A stretch of DNA of 63,137 bases, filler included, from Octopus bimaculoides (GCF_001194135.2; 5 parts of 4 records of this genome joined end to end with filler, not necessarily neighbours in it), one strand, 5' to 3'. Counted from the whole stretch's first letter, positions 25,400-38,560 are shown. Translations and numbers: made by a program. Notes: generated from the sequence alone by a model not told the origin.

Positions 25400-25570
25400 T
25401 TGGTGCAGACTTGACTGTGTGGATAAGACGCTTGCTTTGAAAGCACGTAGTTTCAGGTTCAGTCCTACTGCGTGACTCCTTTGCTGTCCTCTACTATATG
25501 GCCCATGACCGAGCAATGTCTTGTCTTGTGAATGTATTTGGGAGAATGAAATTGTGTTGAAACCTGTCAT
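25400..25570 (+). mobile_element. SINE family B, diverged 5' half
   Basis: ggtgcagacttgactgtgtggataag..ggttcagtcctactgcgtg. Confidence 0.6.
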
Positions 25571-28500
25571 ATGTGTAGGTGTGTGCGAAATAGAAAAGGG
25601 ATAAAGCGAGATATAGAGGGCAAAGAAAGAGATTGCATGCATGCAAAAAATAAGTGCAAGTACATAAATAAGCAACACTAGTCTCTTTTCAAACGTATAT
25701 TTAGGCGTCATGTTGAGCCTTTTGCGATATGTTTGAATGTGAATCGTTTAGCACACGATAACAATAATCTAATAAATGTAACATGTCTTACGTGAGAAAG
25801 ACCCTTCTCAAACCCACATCGACAATAAAGAGCAGATTTATTCAACTGCTTCTTCCGTTAGAAAACATCTGGAGAGATGTTATAACCAATATATCACAGT
25901 AACGATCAGGAAAAAGAAAGGACGAAATAACGGTAATGTAAGGATTAAAGAAATCTATTTTTATTGATAATTCAAACTCATCCATTCTCATTTATCACAC
26001 GTGTTTAGTTCCCATAAACATCGTGTTAAATGAATCAGTGACAAACGAATAATAGAGCATGTGGGGGACATAGGTTTCGTCCCGAGGTCCCGAGTTGTCC
26101 AGATCATTGCGTTAGAAGTGACTCATGTTATCATGCCGTGGTAAGCGTAACATCATTTAGAATACACGTATGTACACGTATATATATATATATATATACG
26201 TTTATGAAGGCTTTATTAGAGATCGTTCATGTATTCCCGGTCATACACATGAATACATACATGTATTCCTGGTCACGCATACGTATTCCCGGTCACACAC
26301 TAGCTTGTAGCTAGTAATACTATCCGAAACCTAATTCCTTTGTCTATTTTGCATAACAATGCCAGCGGTGAAAACGTGAATTTACTTAATAAATAGAAGC
26401 ACAAGGCAGGGATGTGTAGAAATATAATGACAAGCCTCAACCAGACAATATATTGACAAGCCTCAATCAGACTGGGGACTTTTCCATTAGATGAGATAAA
26501 GATTCCGTGAGCATTTAACCATTCTTTGGACGATTTAATACTATAAAAATATATAAGGAGAGTAAGTAGTTCAGCACTTTGTGTGCTCTTATTACACAAA
26601 ATAAAATAGCTAAAATTTGGCTAAATGAATATTATCTTCTGTAAATATGGATGCTCTCTCCCCACTAAAAGTGACACATTCTGTAGTAAGTGTCCACGAA
26701 AACATAACAAAACTTGCAAGTGTTACACTCGTATTCTGTTATATCCAACTGAGACAAACATTACAGATGTTATGTATATGACACGAGGAAGACAATAATG
26801 AGGATATGAAACAAAACCTAAACTCAAGAACACTTGTGAATGTGCGGAGATTTATAATAAAAAAAACGAAAACTAAAGAGGTTACATATATCGTAATAGT
26901 GCAACTCATACAGAAATGCAGAGTAAAATTAAAACAAAACAATCGAGAAAACGTACACAGAGTCATCTTTCGCAAACAAATAGAAGCATCACGTCATAAT
27001 CCATTACGTATAAAAACACGTAAGTCTCCACAAAAGAAAGTAGATATCGTACAATAAATGAGATTTGAAAACATAATGAAAATATAAAGGAACCCATTAC
27101 ACACGGTGAAAAGGAGCCATTACGGCAGAATAAAAGCAGACACAAAAGGAAAACAGGATGATGATCACATATGTCCCCATGGAAACAACCAACCAAATGC
27201 TCAGCTGCTACAAAAATACATACTCGATCACACACTTGACAATAAACATAATAAAAATACACATCACGATAGATTAACCAGAGTTAAAAACATTAAGGAA
27301 AAATCTATCAGACGCAATAAAGAAAACAGAAACTACCATAACAAAATCAATGAATATGGATCAAGAGAAAGGACTGTACAGGCTACGAATGAACAGATAT
27401 CTTCATAAAAGAATAATACAAGCAATGGCTGCAATAAATTATTTACACAGAAATAAATCTGAATAGCAACAGGCTAAAGATTTGATCATCTATTCAGTAG
27501 CCATGCTAGTATCGGGGGATATCGGGCTTAGCAAGACCATTCTTAGCCGAACTTAAAGAAAAGAGGAAATAAAGTATACTACACACACACACACACAGAC
27601 ATATATATANNNNNNNNNNNNNNNNNNNNNNNNNNNNNNNNNNNNNNNNNNNNNNNNNNNNNNNNNNNNNNNNNNNNNNNNNNNNNNNNNNNNNNNNNNN
27701 NNNNNNNNNNNNNNNNNNNNNNNNNNNNNNNNNNNNNNNNNNNNNNNNNNNNNNNNNNNNNNNNNNNNNNNNNNNNNNNNNNNNNNNNNNNNNNNNNNNN
27801 NNNNNNNNNNNNNNNNNNNNNNNNNNNNNNNNNNNNNNNNNNNNNNNNNNNNNNNNNNNNNNNNNNNNNNNNNNNNNNNNNNNNNNNNNNNNNNNNNNNN
27901 AGAGAGAGAGAGAGAGAGAATGATGGAAATACCAACAATGTCACGTCGGTTAACAGGATACAAAATTTCAGAGCACCTGGAATTGACGGAAGCATCTCAG
28001 ACGTTAGATGATGCACCAAAATGATAAAGAATTTGTAGTATAAGAATGAATTGTTAAAAAAAAATTAGAATGGATATCTGACTGGTTTATGATACAGAGA
28101 AATAATATTGTTTCTCGAAAACAATAGCAACAGCGGACCCCCAACTCACAAAAACAAAATACCAACAAAATACAAAGCCCTTACACCTATACACTATAAC
28201 AGTCCGGCTGCTCATCTAGAATGTAATAACATAAATTAAACAAGAAAACTCAAAGCATTGATTAATTACTGAAAAGCATTTGAAAGTATAACACACTCTT
28301 TGCTATTGGAGATACTTCATACAAGGGTTATTCATTAATTATCTGCATTGCGCTGATGATTCATATTGGCGGGAAAATTAATTGCGTCAGATCACTAGAT
28401 GAGCTCTCCTTCGGTGCAGGTTTTAGCTTATGAAATCAATTAAGTCATTACGTTTGCAATAACCATAGCCACTCCTTTCCGTAATAACAGCAACGTTTAG

Positions 28501-28719
28501 TGGGGTCTTTTTCTCTCTCATTAATTTTTAAACAATTTTGTATAACATCGGATATTTTAAACGTAAAGGTGCATCATTTCTCAACATTACCTCACATTAT
28601 ATCACACTTGGCTCATCGACGCACAAGCTCCTCCATTCCTTCATGAAATGATTTTTGATTGACACATGAGCTCTCTTTCACTTCATGATCATCAAAAATC
28701 TACGGTGTTATAAGGGAAT

Positions 28720-28940
28720 ACAAGTAATTTCACCGCCATCTCTGAACAAAGTTCACCGTAAACAAAGTTCACCGCAGTGAAAGTGTACCGAGAAAATATA
28801 TTCACAGCATCTCACCATTAATAGTTCAAAACTATTTTATTGAAATAAAAAAAAGAACAGTGAATTGATGACGGTGAACTTTCTCTACGGTGAACTTTCT
28901 CTACGGTGAACTTTCTCTACGGTGAACTTACCGGACACGG
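28720..28940. mobile_element. Foldback/MITE-like element with inverted arrays of a 16-bp unit
   Basis: Right arm (acggtgaactttctct)x3.7 at 28871-28929; left arm has three degenerate reverse-complement units (..aaagttcaccg..) at ~28743-28790. Confidence 0.65.
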
Positions 28941-29309
28941 TTAAAAGGTACCATTGAAGCTAGGAAACAAACTAGGACTGTATGAAGGATGGACCCCAAA
29001 ACGCAGATCTCAGTTTCTGGTTGATTCAAACAATATAAGCAGAAGCATGAAGATGAGCATGAACACAAGTCCTTGTGCACGTCCTCTTGAATTTCTTGTT
29101 TATTTGAATACTCTGTGTGCGCTCGCGCGCGCGTGTGGCCGATATTTTGTAAGATTTATCACAAAGAAATGAATTCAGCGCAAAAACCAAGGCTGACTCC
29201 AACATCCTAGACTAAAATAGGATCAATTCCAAGCTACAATTATATATGTATAAGTGTGCGAATACATAAATACATGCATAAATATATATATATATATATA
29301 TATATATTG

Positions 29310-29480
29310 ACCGTTGACTGAACACTATTCAATTTTTTTTCTCCGTGTTTTTCTCCTTGTCTCCGTATTCTTTCTGTTGAAGAGCGTAGCTCGAAACGTC
29401 AAAGACTTTCCGTATTCCCGAGCGTCATACTAATACATCCTTTTGTTATTTACACCACCTGTCCTCGTCTGTTGTTATTA
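29310..29480 (+). mobile_element. Penelope-type terminal-repeat remnant with a hammerhead-like motif
   Basis: tcttt-CTGTTGA-a-gagc.gta.gctc-GAAAC-GTC-aaaga at 29369-29405. Confidence 0.5.
29369..29405 (+). ncRNA. Minimal type I hammerhead ribozyme-like motif (variant core)
   Basis: Stem I tcttt/aaaga, 4-bp stem II, GAAA, palindromic ACGT stem III, GUC site. Core reads CUGUUGA instead of CUGANGA. Confidence 0.45.
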
Positions 29481-29564
29481 TTTGTATATTCTCCCATATA
29501 NNNNNNNNNNNNNNNNNNNNNNNNNNNNNNNNNNATACATATATATGTATACTCACACACACGT

Positions 29565-29618
<54 letters not shown>

Positions 29619-30184
29619 TATACACACACACACCCACACATATATATATATACTTACAAATAATATTAGGACTATTGCTAAAGTTTAATAGAACTCCTGT
29701 GAAATTCATTCGACCATCAGATAACAACCACCCCCACCCCCATGCACACACCTACGCAACGCACGCACGCACACATGCACACGCACACAGACACTCACAT
29801 ACACACACACACATATACTCACAAATAACGCATGTTAGTAGATAAATATCTGTAATCCTGTATATAAATGAGGTTCCTGGAAGTGGGCCTTTTGATACAT
29901 CTGATATATGCATATTGAGAAATAACGATAATAATTGTTACATTTGGCACAATGCCTCATATTTTGAAGGGGAGTGTAGGGTATTAACAAGGGAATCGAT
30001 TAATTTTTTTATTTTCTATTTTTTCCGATCTCATATAGACGAATACCAAACGTAAACTCTGAACGGATTTAAGCTGACAGCATTGAAGGAAAAGAAGAAC
30101 TATCGGGTTTCTAACAATTCACAATTTGAACATCCGTCTTCATTCCTAAAAGAAAGTACTAAATGTCTGAACAAAGTGATGATG

Positions 30185-30185
<1 letters not shown>

Positions 30186-30245
<60 letters not shown>
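30186..30245. repeat. (TAA)n microsatellite
   Basis: Direct reading. Confidence 0.95.
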
Positions 30246-30247
<2 letters not shown>

Positions 30248-30576
30248 GCAATAGTAATAATAGTATTTTAAAAGAATTGACGTAACCCCTCACAACGGTA
30301 AATAGATAATACAAAGAGCGCGGTGTGTTTGCAATAGATATTTTATTAGTTGAACGATATTTCGACAGCTTGCCTGTCTTTGTCGAATTCAAAACGAACA
30401 GCGATACATAGAAATTCAAATCCAAAATTTGATCGAGGGCAATCAGCGTTCCCACATTGAGGGAATGAAATCACCAGTCTTCATTTTTCAAGTTTGCAGC
30501 CAGTAAAAGGAAAATGAAAGAAAGAGAAAAAAGAAAAGAACAGAAAAGAAAAGATGAAAAGGGTTAAGAAGAATAT

Positions 30577-30895
30577 TTAGTCAAACAGTTTTGTGTAAAT
30601 ATGATGAAACTTTCCTGTCATTGTATTCATCCCTCCAGGGCGTGATGTTAATAACACGCAAACATATTTTTCCTCATGCATTTTGAGGACTGAAAGTGTA
30701 GCAGATTCAGAATAATTTCTGAGAATATGCATTCTGAGAATATGCATTTTCAAGTCTTTTTCAAAATTGATGTAAAATGTTCGGCAGGTTCTTTGGAACT
30801 GCTGTAATCTTTTATTTAATTGTTCTGTTGTACAACCAGCATAAATAAGGTTGTGTTTGGTGCATTCTGCTGCGTACACGAAATGGGAATCTTAA
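30577..30895 (-). mobile_element. Penelope-like element GIY-YIG endonuclease remnant
   Basis: VYAAECTKHNLIYAGCTTEQLNKRL (GIY-x10-YIG-like) ... HEEKYVCVLLTSRPGGMN (E...L.T..P.G.N motif); contains a 15-bp duplication (ttctgagaatatgca x2). Confidence 0.7.
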
Positions 30896-33694
30896 CACGT
30901 CCCACCTTGCATGAAAATCATAACATTTCTGAATCTGAAAATAATAACCCTTTCTACTAAATTTAAGTTTCATCCATCTATATTTTCCAAAAGGATGATA
31001 ATTAATGTCAGGAGAACCTGTAACCTGTCACGAAATAAAGAAATTTTCGACAACAATAGTAGAACCAAAGACAAGATCAAGTTTATATCTAATCTACTCA
31101 GAACTTATGAGAACTGTAACTGTTCAATTACCCTATTCATATCTCTCTTTTCCCTAAACGTCTAATATAGCAAAGAGTAAAAAACAAACTTTTATAAATA
31201 CATATTCCCTCATCAATCAGCGATAGAGAAACAAATTCAATAAAAATAAACTTAATCTGAAATACGCTATCAATATGAAAACTTAATATCTTGTCATTCT
31301 GCTGCTCCACCGATGTGAAAAGGTTCCCATCCTACAAAGTAATAGTGTTAACGACAAATGATTAAATAGAAATACATTCCTCGTATATAAGTCATGCAAC
31401 ACTGAAGCGATCATTTACGAAGCAGAGATAACATCCACCAAAACAAATACAAACACCGTGCATAAATCTGTTTAGATATAGTTGAAGTTACATATAAACA
31501 TTTAACTGCAATTCTTCCTTGAGAAATGTAACGAATTATCTAATTACATAAGAAATTTTTTAAATATATGCAGTACTGGATTTGATAATATGAATGATCC
31601 TCATAAGGTCTAAACTATAAAGAAACTGTACAAAAACATGTGGATTATGTAGAGAATAGAGAAAATTCTTGCACGAGAACCTAAATGCTTCCGCGGATTA
31701 TTTAAATGTTAAACCAGGTCTATTCAACAGATATCGTCATTTCAATAAATATTTGCTAAAGACACAAGAATATACCACTCTGATTGTCCAGATAAAAACC
31801 ATAAGCATTTATCACGACCACACATTCTCGATATTCGTCTTAGTTTTAACTGTTTTGTGATCTTATTATTGCCAAAAAATCCTATCAATCTAAATCATAT
31901 GACGTAACAAAATACTCTCCCTTTCTTTATAACTTCATATATTCAAATCTCTTAATATTCCATTTTCTCGTTCTTAAGTTCTGAATTCCATGTTTGTTAC
32001 AAGTGATATTTATGTGTATGAAACCTCCCTTTATGTAAAGCGTTAATGCTACTTCCTGCAGGAGGGTGATGAACNNNNNNNNNNATCTAAATCATATGAC
32101 GTAACAAAATACTCTCCCTTTCTTTATAACTTCATATATTCAAATCTCTTAATATTCCATTTTCTCGTTCTTAAGTTCTGAATTCCATGTTTGTTACAAG
32201 TGATATTTATGTGTATGAAACCTCCCTTTATGTAAAGCGTTAATGCTACTTCCTGCAGGAGGGTGATGAACACGTTCAACAATACAGTAGTTTCATTTTA
32301 AACTTGCTATATTATATATCCGGTCTGTCTGTATTTGCTTCTCGTTATATACTTTTCAGCGATGATTTTCATTTCGTTGTTCGAAAGTATGATATCACCT
32401 TTGCCAAAAGTGTCTGCTCTTGCGTTTATAAAAAGCTATTATTTTAGCCTCGATAGAGACAACGTAATATTTTGGGTTATGACTACATGCTATAATTAAA
32501 ATCCGGAAACCATGGAAATACTACTATCGCTATTGCTTCCATTTAAAGAAAACATCCATTTGATATTGCTTCGAAAGTAGAGTTAGATGAATAACAGATA
32601 TACGAGATAAAGGAAACGATGCATTAGCGGTAAAGTAAACGAAGCCAAGATTTATTTTCATCAAACTTAGTTACGAATTATTCGATAATATAATCTTTCT
32701 TGTCTGTATAACTTTGACGACTAACATTGAACACTATACTCGAAGTTTTATAGACAAGCAGAATCCAATATTTACATAAAACTGAGACTTTAGGTTAATG
32801 AAGGTTAAAGTCAATTATTGTTGAAATACTATTCTTTAATGAAAATGTTTTAAAAGACAATATTTAAACTTCGGAATTATAAATTTTAGGAATTCTAGAA
32901 TTTCATGTGAAGAATTAAATGACAGTTAAGCTCAACCAGAGGTTCAAACCCACGACGCCGAAATTAGAATTCACGTGCCTTAGAGATTGATCCAGTCGGG
33001 CTAAATATGTAGCTTTTTCTGAATTAAACATTTTCTGAAAGTAAGACTTTATACTAACAATGAAAGGATATATAAGAAAATAATGATTCGAGTGATGTTT
33101 GTTCCAAATAAATTCCAGCATGTCCCCACCCCTTTTTGTCAGAACGAGAGATACTCAGACATATGATTTATTTTGTCTTGATAAAATTAAGTGGTTGTAA
33201 AGAACGGCAAATATTTAATTGGTACTTAAATGGAGTACTTCTACTGGTCAAAGACAAGTTTCACACAAACTGAAGCCAGACATTTGAATACGGGTTTGAA
33301 TATCGTAAAATGTCTTTCATTCTAGGAACTATTCTTAACTCTGTACAACAATTCGCAGATATAAAAGCCTCAAATTGTAAAGAGGGAAAAATGTTGATTT
33401 TAATCTTTATAAATCTATGAAGGCCCTTAATATTGGAGAGAAAAAGTAACTTGCCAAATTTGCTGTCATGTTAACGACATAACCCAGGACACCGTTATCA
33501 TTATAATAATGTTAACATCTGTATCAGTATAACGAATATCAACTAATGCTAAATAGATTTGATTTGAATATTAGAATGAATAGTTTTGTTGTTTGGGTTA
33601 TATTAACAAAATAATGAAACAAATTCTATATATGTGTGTGAATGTGTGTGTGTATATATGTATATGCATATATATATATATGCATATATATATA

Positions 33695-33734
<40 letters not shown>

Positions 33735-34077
33735 NNNNNNNNNNNNNNNNNNNNNNNNNNNNNNNNNNNNNNNNNNNNTTAATTAATTAANNNNNNNNNN
33801 NNNNNNNNNNNNNNNNNNNNNNNNNNNNNNNNNNCAACGAGAAATTTGTGGTGTCGTGGAATGTATATTTGAGAGAGAAGGAGAAAGAGAGAGGGAGAGA
33901 GAAGGAGAGAGAGAGGGAGAGAGAAGGAGAGGGAGAGGGAGAGAGAAGGAGAGAGAGAGGGAGAGAGTGGGGGGAGAGAGGGAGAGAGAAGGAGAGAGAG
34001 AGGGAGAGAGTGGGGGTGTATAACCAACGAGAAAATTGTGGCGTCGTGGAATGTATATTTAAGACAGAGAGGAGAGA

Positions 34078-34650
34078 GATCATCATCCCCATTCGCATCA
34101 TTATTATGGCTATCATCATCACCATCATCATCAACACCATCGACATCATCAACACCATCATCATCACCATCATCATCAACACCATCATCATCAACACCAT
34201 CATCATCACCATCATCATCATCANNNNNNNNNNCAACACCATCGACATCATCAACACCATCATCATCACCATCATCATCAACACCATCATCATCAACACC
34301 ATCATCATCACCATCATCATCATCACCATCATCATCAACACCATCATCATCACCATCATCATCATCACCGTCATCATCGTCGTCATGATGATGACAACGA
34401 CGATGTCGACAACGACGTCAGCGATGATGATGATGCTGGTGATGATGATCCTTATCATCATCCCCACCGCCACTTCCATTTTCTGCGCCTTGTTTTTCCC
34501 TTCGTCGTCGTTGTCATAAACATCATCATCATCGTTGTCTTCATCGTCGTCACCATCATCGTCATCATCACCATCATCATCGTCCTAGTTGTCAACGTTG
34601 TTTTCATCGTAATTGATGTTAACATTATCATCATCATCATTATCATGACC
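34078..34650. repeat. Cryptic (CAT/CAC/CAA/CGT)n trinucleotide region
   Basis: Direct reading; part appears duplicated across the 10-N gap. Confidence 0.9.
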
Positions 34651-34759
34651 ATTCACCAACTCCATCGCATTGGTACGAAACTGACGGCTCCCAAGTCACA
34701 CTGCAGCTTCTGCCAATAATTAATAAAGAAAAGCGTATTTATAATTATAGGTGCGCACG

Positions 34760-34807
<48 letters not shown>

Positions 34808-34812
<5 letters not shown>

Positions 34813-35580
34813 AGGGTGTGATGGGTAAATTGTCACCATTTTATATCTTTAGTTTTACTCATGCGCGTTGTTTGTTCTTAATTTTGTCGCCTACACAGCA
34901 TAGTAGGGTCAGCACCATGACGCAATTCACTCGGCCAGAAATTTGGAAGCGGCATACTGTACTCCTTGGCGTTCGCGCCGGAAGCTCTAATACGAACATT
35001 TAAGAGGACAGTGCAATCTAAGGGTGTGTAACGAGAGTGATAAAAATCAAACATCCAGTCAACATCATGGCGTTTGGAGCGATCACTAGTAGTGGCGACG
35101 TTATGCCTCCATTCATCTTCTAACACGGCCTCAGACTCAACTCGGAGGCCTACATCAAGTGCCTGGAGGAAGTAGTGTTGCCCTATGTCAAGAGGGTGGC
35201 TGCTGGAAGACCCTATGTCTGGCAACAGGACTCTGCACCATGCCACAGTCATGGCTGTCAGACAATTTCTGCGACCACATCACCCCTAACATCTGGCCAC
35301 CTAACTCCCCAGACTGCAACCCCCTTTATTATTGTGTCGGGCGCACTTGAGCGAGAGACCAACAAAACTCCAAAGATGAACTGAAGGCAAGGATTATGGC
35401 AGCATTGACCAACTTAAACAAGGAGGCCGTCCAGAAGAGCTGCAGGAGATTCCGAAGCCCTCTGGAGACCGTGTTTGAAACCAATGGCGATTTTATTGAA
35501 TAAATTTACTCTTTAGTATTTCAAGATATTTTTATGTAATTTTGGTAAATATATATGTTAAAATGAAATGTGAGTTATTT
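34808..35580 (+). mobile_element. maT/DD37D-like (Tc1-mariner superfamily) deleted transposon
   Basis: KHPVNIMAFGAITSSGDVMPPFIF*HGLRLNSEAYIKCLEEVVLPYVKRVAAGRPYVWQQDSAPCH ... IWPPNSPDCNPLYY; TIR-like start cagagagggtgtgatgggtaaattgtcacc. Confidence 0.8.
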
Positions 35581-36820
35581 NNNNNNNNNNNNNNNNNNNN
35601 NNNNNNNNNNNNNNNNNNNNNNNNNNNNNNNNNNNNNNNNNNNNNNNNNNNNNNNNNNNNNNNNNNNNNNNNNNNNNNNNNNNNNNNNNNNNNNNNNNNN
35701 NNNNNNNNNNNNNNNNNNNNNNNNNNNNNNNNNNNNNNNNNNNNNNNNNNNNNNNNNNNNNNNNNNNNNNNNNNNNNNNNNNNNNNNNNNNNNNNNNNNN
35801 NNNNNNNNNNNNNNNNNNNNNNNNNNNNNNNNNNNNNNNNNNNNNNNNNNNNNNNNNNNNNNNNNNNNNNNNNNNNNNNNNNNNNNNNNNNNNNNNNNNN
35901 NNNNNNNNNNNNNNNNNNNNNNNNNNNNNNNNNNNNNNNNNNNNNNNNNNNNNNNNNNNNNNNNNNNNNNNNNNNNNNNNNNNNNNNNNNNNNNNNNNNN
36001 NNNNNNNNNNNNNNNNNNNNNNNNNNNNNNNNNNNNNNNNNNNNNNNNNNNNNNNNNNNNNNNNNNNNNNNNNNNNNNNNNNNNNNNNNNNNNNNNNNNN
36101 NNNNNNNNNNNNAGCTTAGTTTTTCCTTGGGGCTGGCCAGATTGGAGCAATATCGAGAATAACCAGCCAAAATTGCAAGGATAATCTGGATCTCGACTGA
36201 AGAAAGAAAACTCCGAATGACCTGCCCGTGTTTTCTTTGTATCGTCTACCTGGATGTTTTGTCCCTGTTTTATCTACTCCGCGTTTCGAAGGTAAGGACA
36301 ATACGCGACTTCGTTGAAACAGTCCTTCCCGCAAAGCAAATTAAATAAAATTTGGGATTTTTTGCAGAGGGTGAAAGTGTTAACAAGAACAGGACAGTGA
36401 GAACAAGACAGTAAAAACAAACGGTGAGGGCTGTTGAGCCAAGTTGATAGAAAAATTATTATGAACGCTAAGAGGATGAGCCATGAGGAGGCAACACATA
36501 CATACATACATGCACGTATACATACATACATACATACATACATACATACATACATACATACATACATACATACGTGAGAGAGTCTGAGAGGTAGATAGAA
36601 AGCACAACTAATGTTTGAAGAAAGGGAACAAAATATGAGGAAATCTAAAAGGCGTTAAATAGATGAGGAGACCAGAAGTGAATGTCTCGTATTAAAGGGT
36701 AGAAACTGAAGGAGGATAATTGTTGTTAAAGAACTATAGGAAGGAAACAGAAGGAAAATGAAAGAAAAATGAGAATGAAAGAAAATAAAAGAGAGAGAGA
36801 GAGAGAGAAAGAGAGATAGA

Positions 36821-36852
<32 letters not shown>

Positions 36853-37525
36853 AAGAGAGAGAATAGAATAGAGGGAGTGATAGAGATAGGGTGAGAGTTA
36901 AATAGAAAATTCGATAGGAAGTGAATGGATAGTAGCGAATACGAAGGGAACGTGGTTCCTCGCATATAATGAGCATTAAAATAGAAATAAATGAAGAAGA
37001 AAATAAAAGGGAAGGAAGTAGATGGCGTTGTGGGTAGTTTGTGTGAAAGCGGAGGGAAGCGACTCTAGTTCAAATTCTACTCACGTAGACAAATAGTGAT
37101 TGTCAGTGACTGAACATCATGTCTTCACTTTTGTGTGTGGCAACGTTGGATGACGTGGTATGACGTGGGGGTCACGTGGGATGACATGCGTTGGTGTTTA
37201 CCTTAACAGAAGTCAAACAGATAAACCACTGGCCTCGCATGTAATACAGGCACACACACATACACATACATACACACACCCATGCGCATATAAGTATAAT
37301 ACATGCACATACGCACACGCACACATTGACTCACGCATGCACGTACAACTACACACCCAGACACACATACATAAACACATATACATATATTTATCCGTTT
37401 ATATATAACGTGTTCACATACACGTTTACACAAATACGCACACAGAGACACACACAAAGGCGCACACGCGAATATACGTTCATACAAGTACAATCAGACA
37501 CACACCGAAAGAGACAGACAGACAA

Positions 37526-37558
<33 letters not shown>

Positions 37559-37734
37559 CTCATATAAAACACATGCGATCACATATTTTAACATGCACAA
37601 GCGGAGACATAGATACAGAGAGGAACAAACATACACACGCACGCAGACACACACACACTCACACACTCACACACACACACACACATATACACATATAGAA
37701 ATATATGCATGTGTACACACATACACACACAAAC

Positions 37735-38070
37735 ACAAAATCAAACTGGCACTCCGTCGGTTACCACGACGATTTGTTCAGTTGATCAGATCAACGGAAC
37801 AATCTGCTCGTGAAATTAACGTGCAAGTGGCTGAGTACTCCACAGACACACGTGCCCTTAACATAATTCTTTGGGAGATTCAGCGTGACACAGAATGTGA
37901 CAAGGCTGTCCCCTTCACAATACAGGTACGTCTCATTCTGCCAGCTGAGTAGATTGGCGCAATGAGAAATAAAGTGCCTTGCTCAAGGACACAATGCACA
38001 ACCGGAGATCGGACTCACAACCTTTTGTTCGTGAGCCGAATGCCCTAACCACTAAGCCACTCGCCTTCGC
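37735..38070 (-). mobile_element. SINE family C (tRNA head gaaggcgagtggcttagtggttagggc)
   Basis: Minus strand shows A/B-box-like head followed by tgtgtccttgagcaaggcacttt. Confidence 0.8.
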
Positions 38071-38424
38071 ACACAAACTTTGTATGCACACAAGACAAGT
38101 ATTACATATTAGTTAAGAACAATAAATGGCTCCTTCGTCGCCTTCGACGATGAACATTTTAGTCCGCCGATAAACCGAACTATCTGACCATCGAATTAGC
38201 TTGCAAAGTGGTTGGGTATTTCACAGGCATGTGTAGCCCTTCACGTAATTCTGAAACAAAATCAGCCTGACACAGTGTATGATAAAGTTGGGAGCCTTTA
38301 AATTCTCGGTAGAATCCTTTCGTCAGGCTGCCTAAATGGTTCCGTCCATCCAGTTTTAACGTGTATGTTTGAGTCTAACCGAGGTCAAGGTCAAATGTCA
38401 GAGAGAAGGATTGAACTTAGGACA

Positions 38425-38553
38425 TTATGGTAACGCCGAGGTCGACTTTGCCTTTCATCCTTCTGGGATCGATAAATTAAGTACCAGTTGTGTACTGGAG
38501 TCGATCTAATTGACTGGCTCCCTCTGCCAAAATTTCGGGCCTTGTACATTGAG
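38425..38553 (+). mobile_element. SINE family A, 3' part
   Basis: cgccgaggtcgactttgcctttcatcc..gataaattaagtaccag. Confidence 0.85.
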
Positions 38554-38560
38554 TAGAAAA

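Noticed and set aside
26060-26130. GACGAAAC on the minus strand suggestive of a hammerhead
   Set aside because: No CUGANGA core or compatible stems upstream.
27106-27408. 100-aa ORF faintly like a Penelope GIY-YIG C-terminus
   Set aside because: No catalytic motif visible; A-rich composition explains the ORF.
31888-32271. Perfect 187-bp direct duplication
   Set aside because: 100% identical and separated by exactly 10 Ns, typical of unmerged overlapping contig ends.
32930-33010. Degenerate tRNA-like sequence on the minus strand
   Set aside because: Box-like motifs only, with no cloverleaf; at best an ancient SINE head.
34134-34323. Higher-order duplication within the (CAT)n region
   Set aside because: Also straddles a 10-N gap; probably the same artefact.
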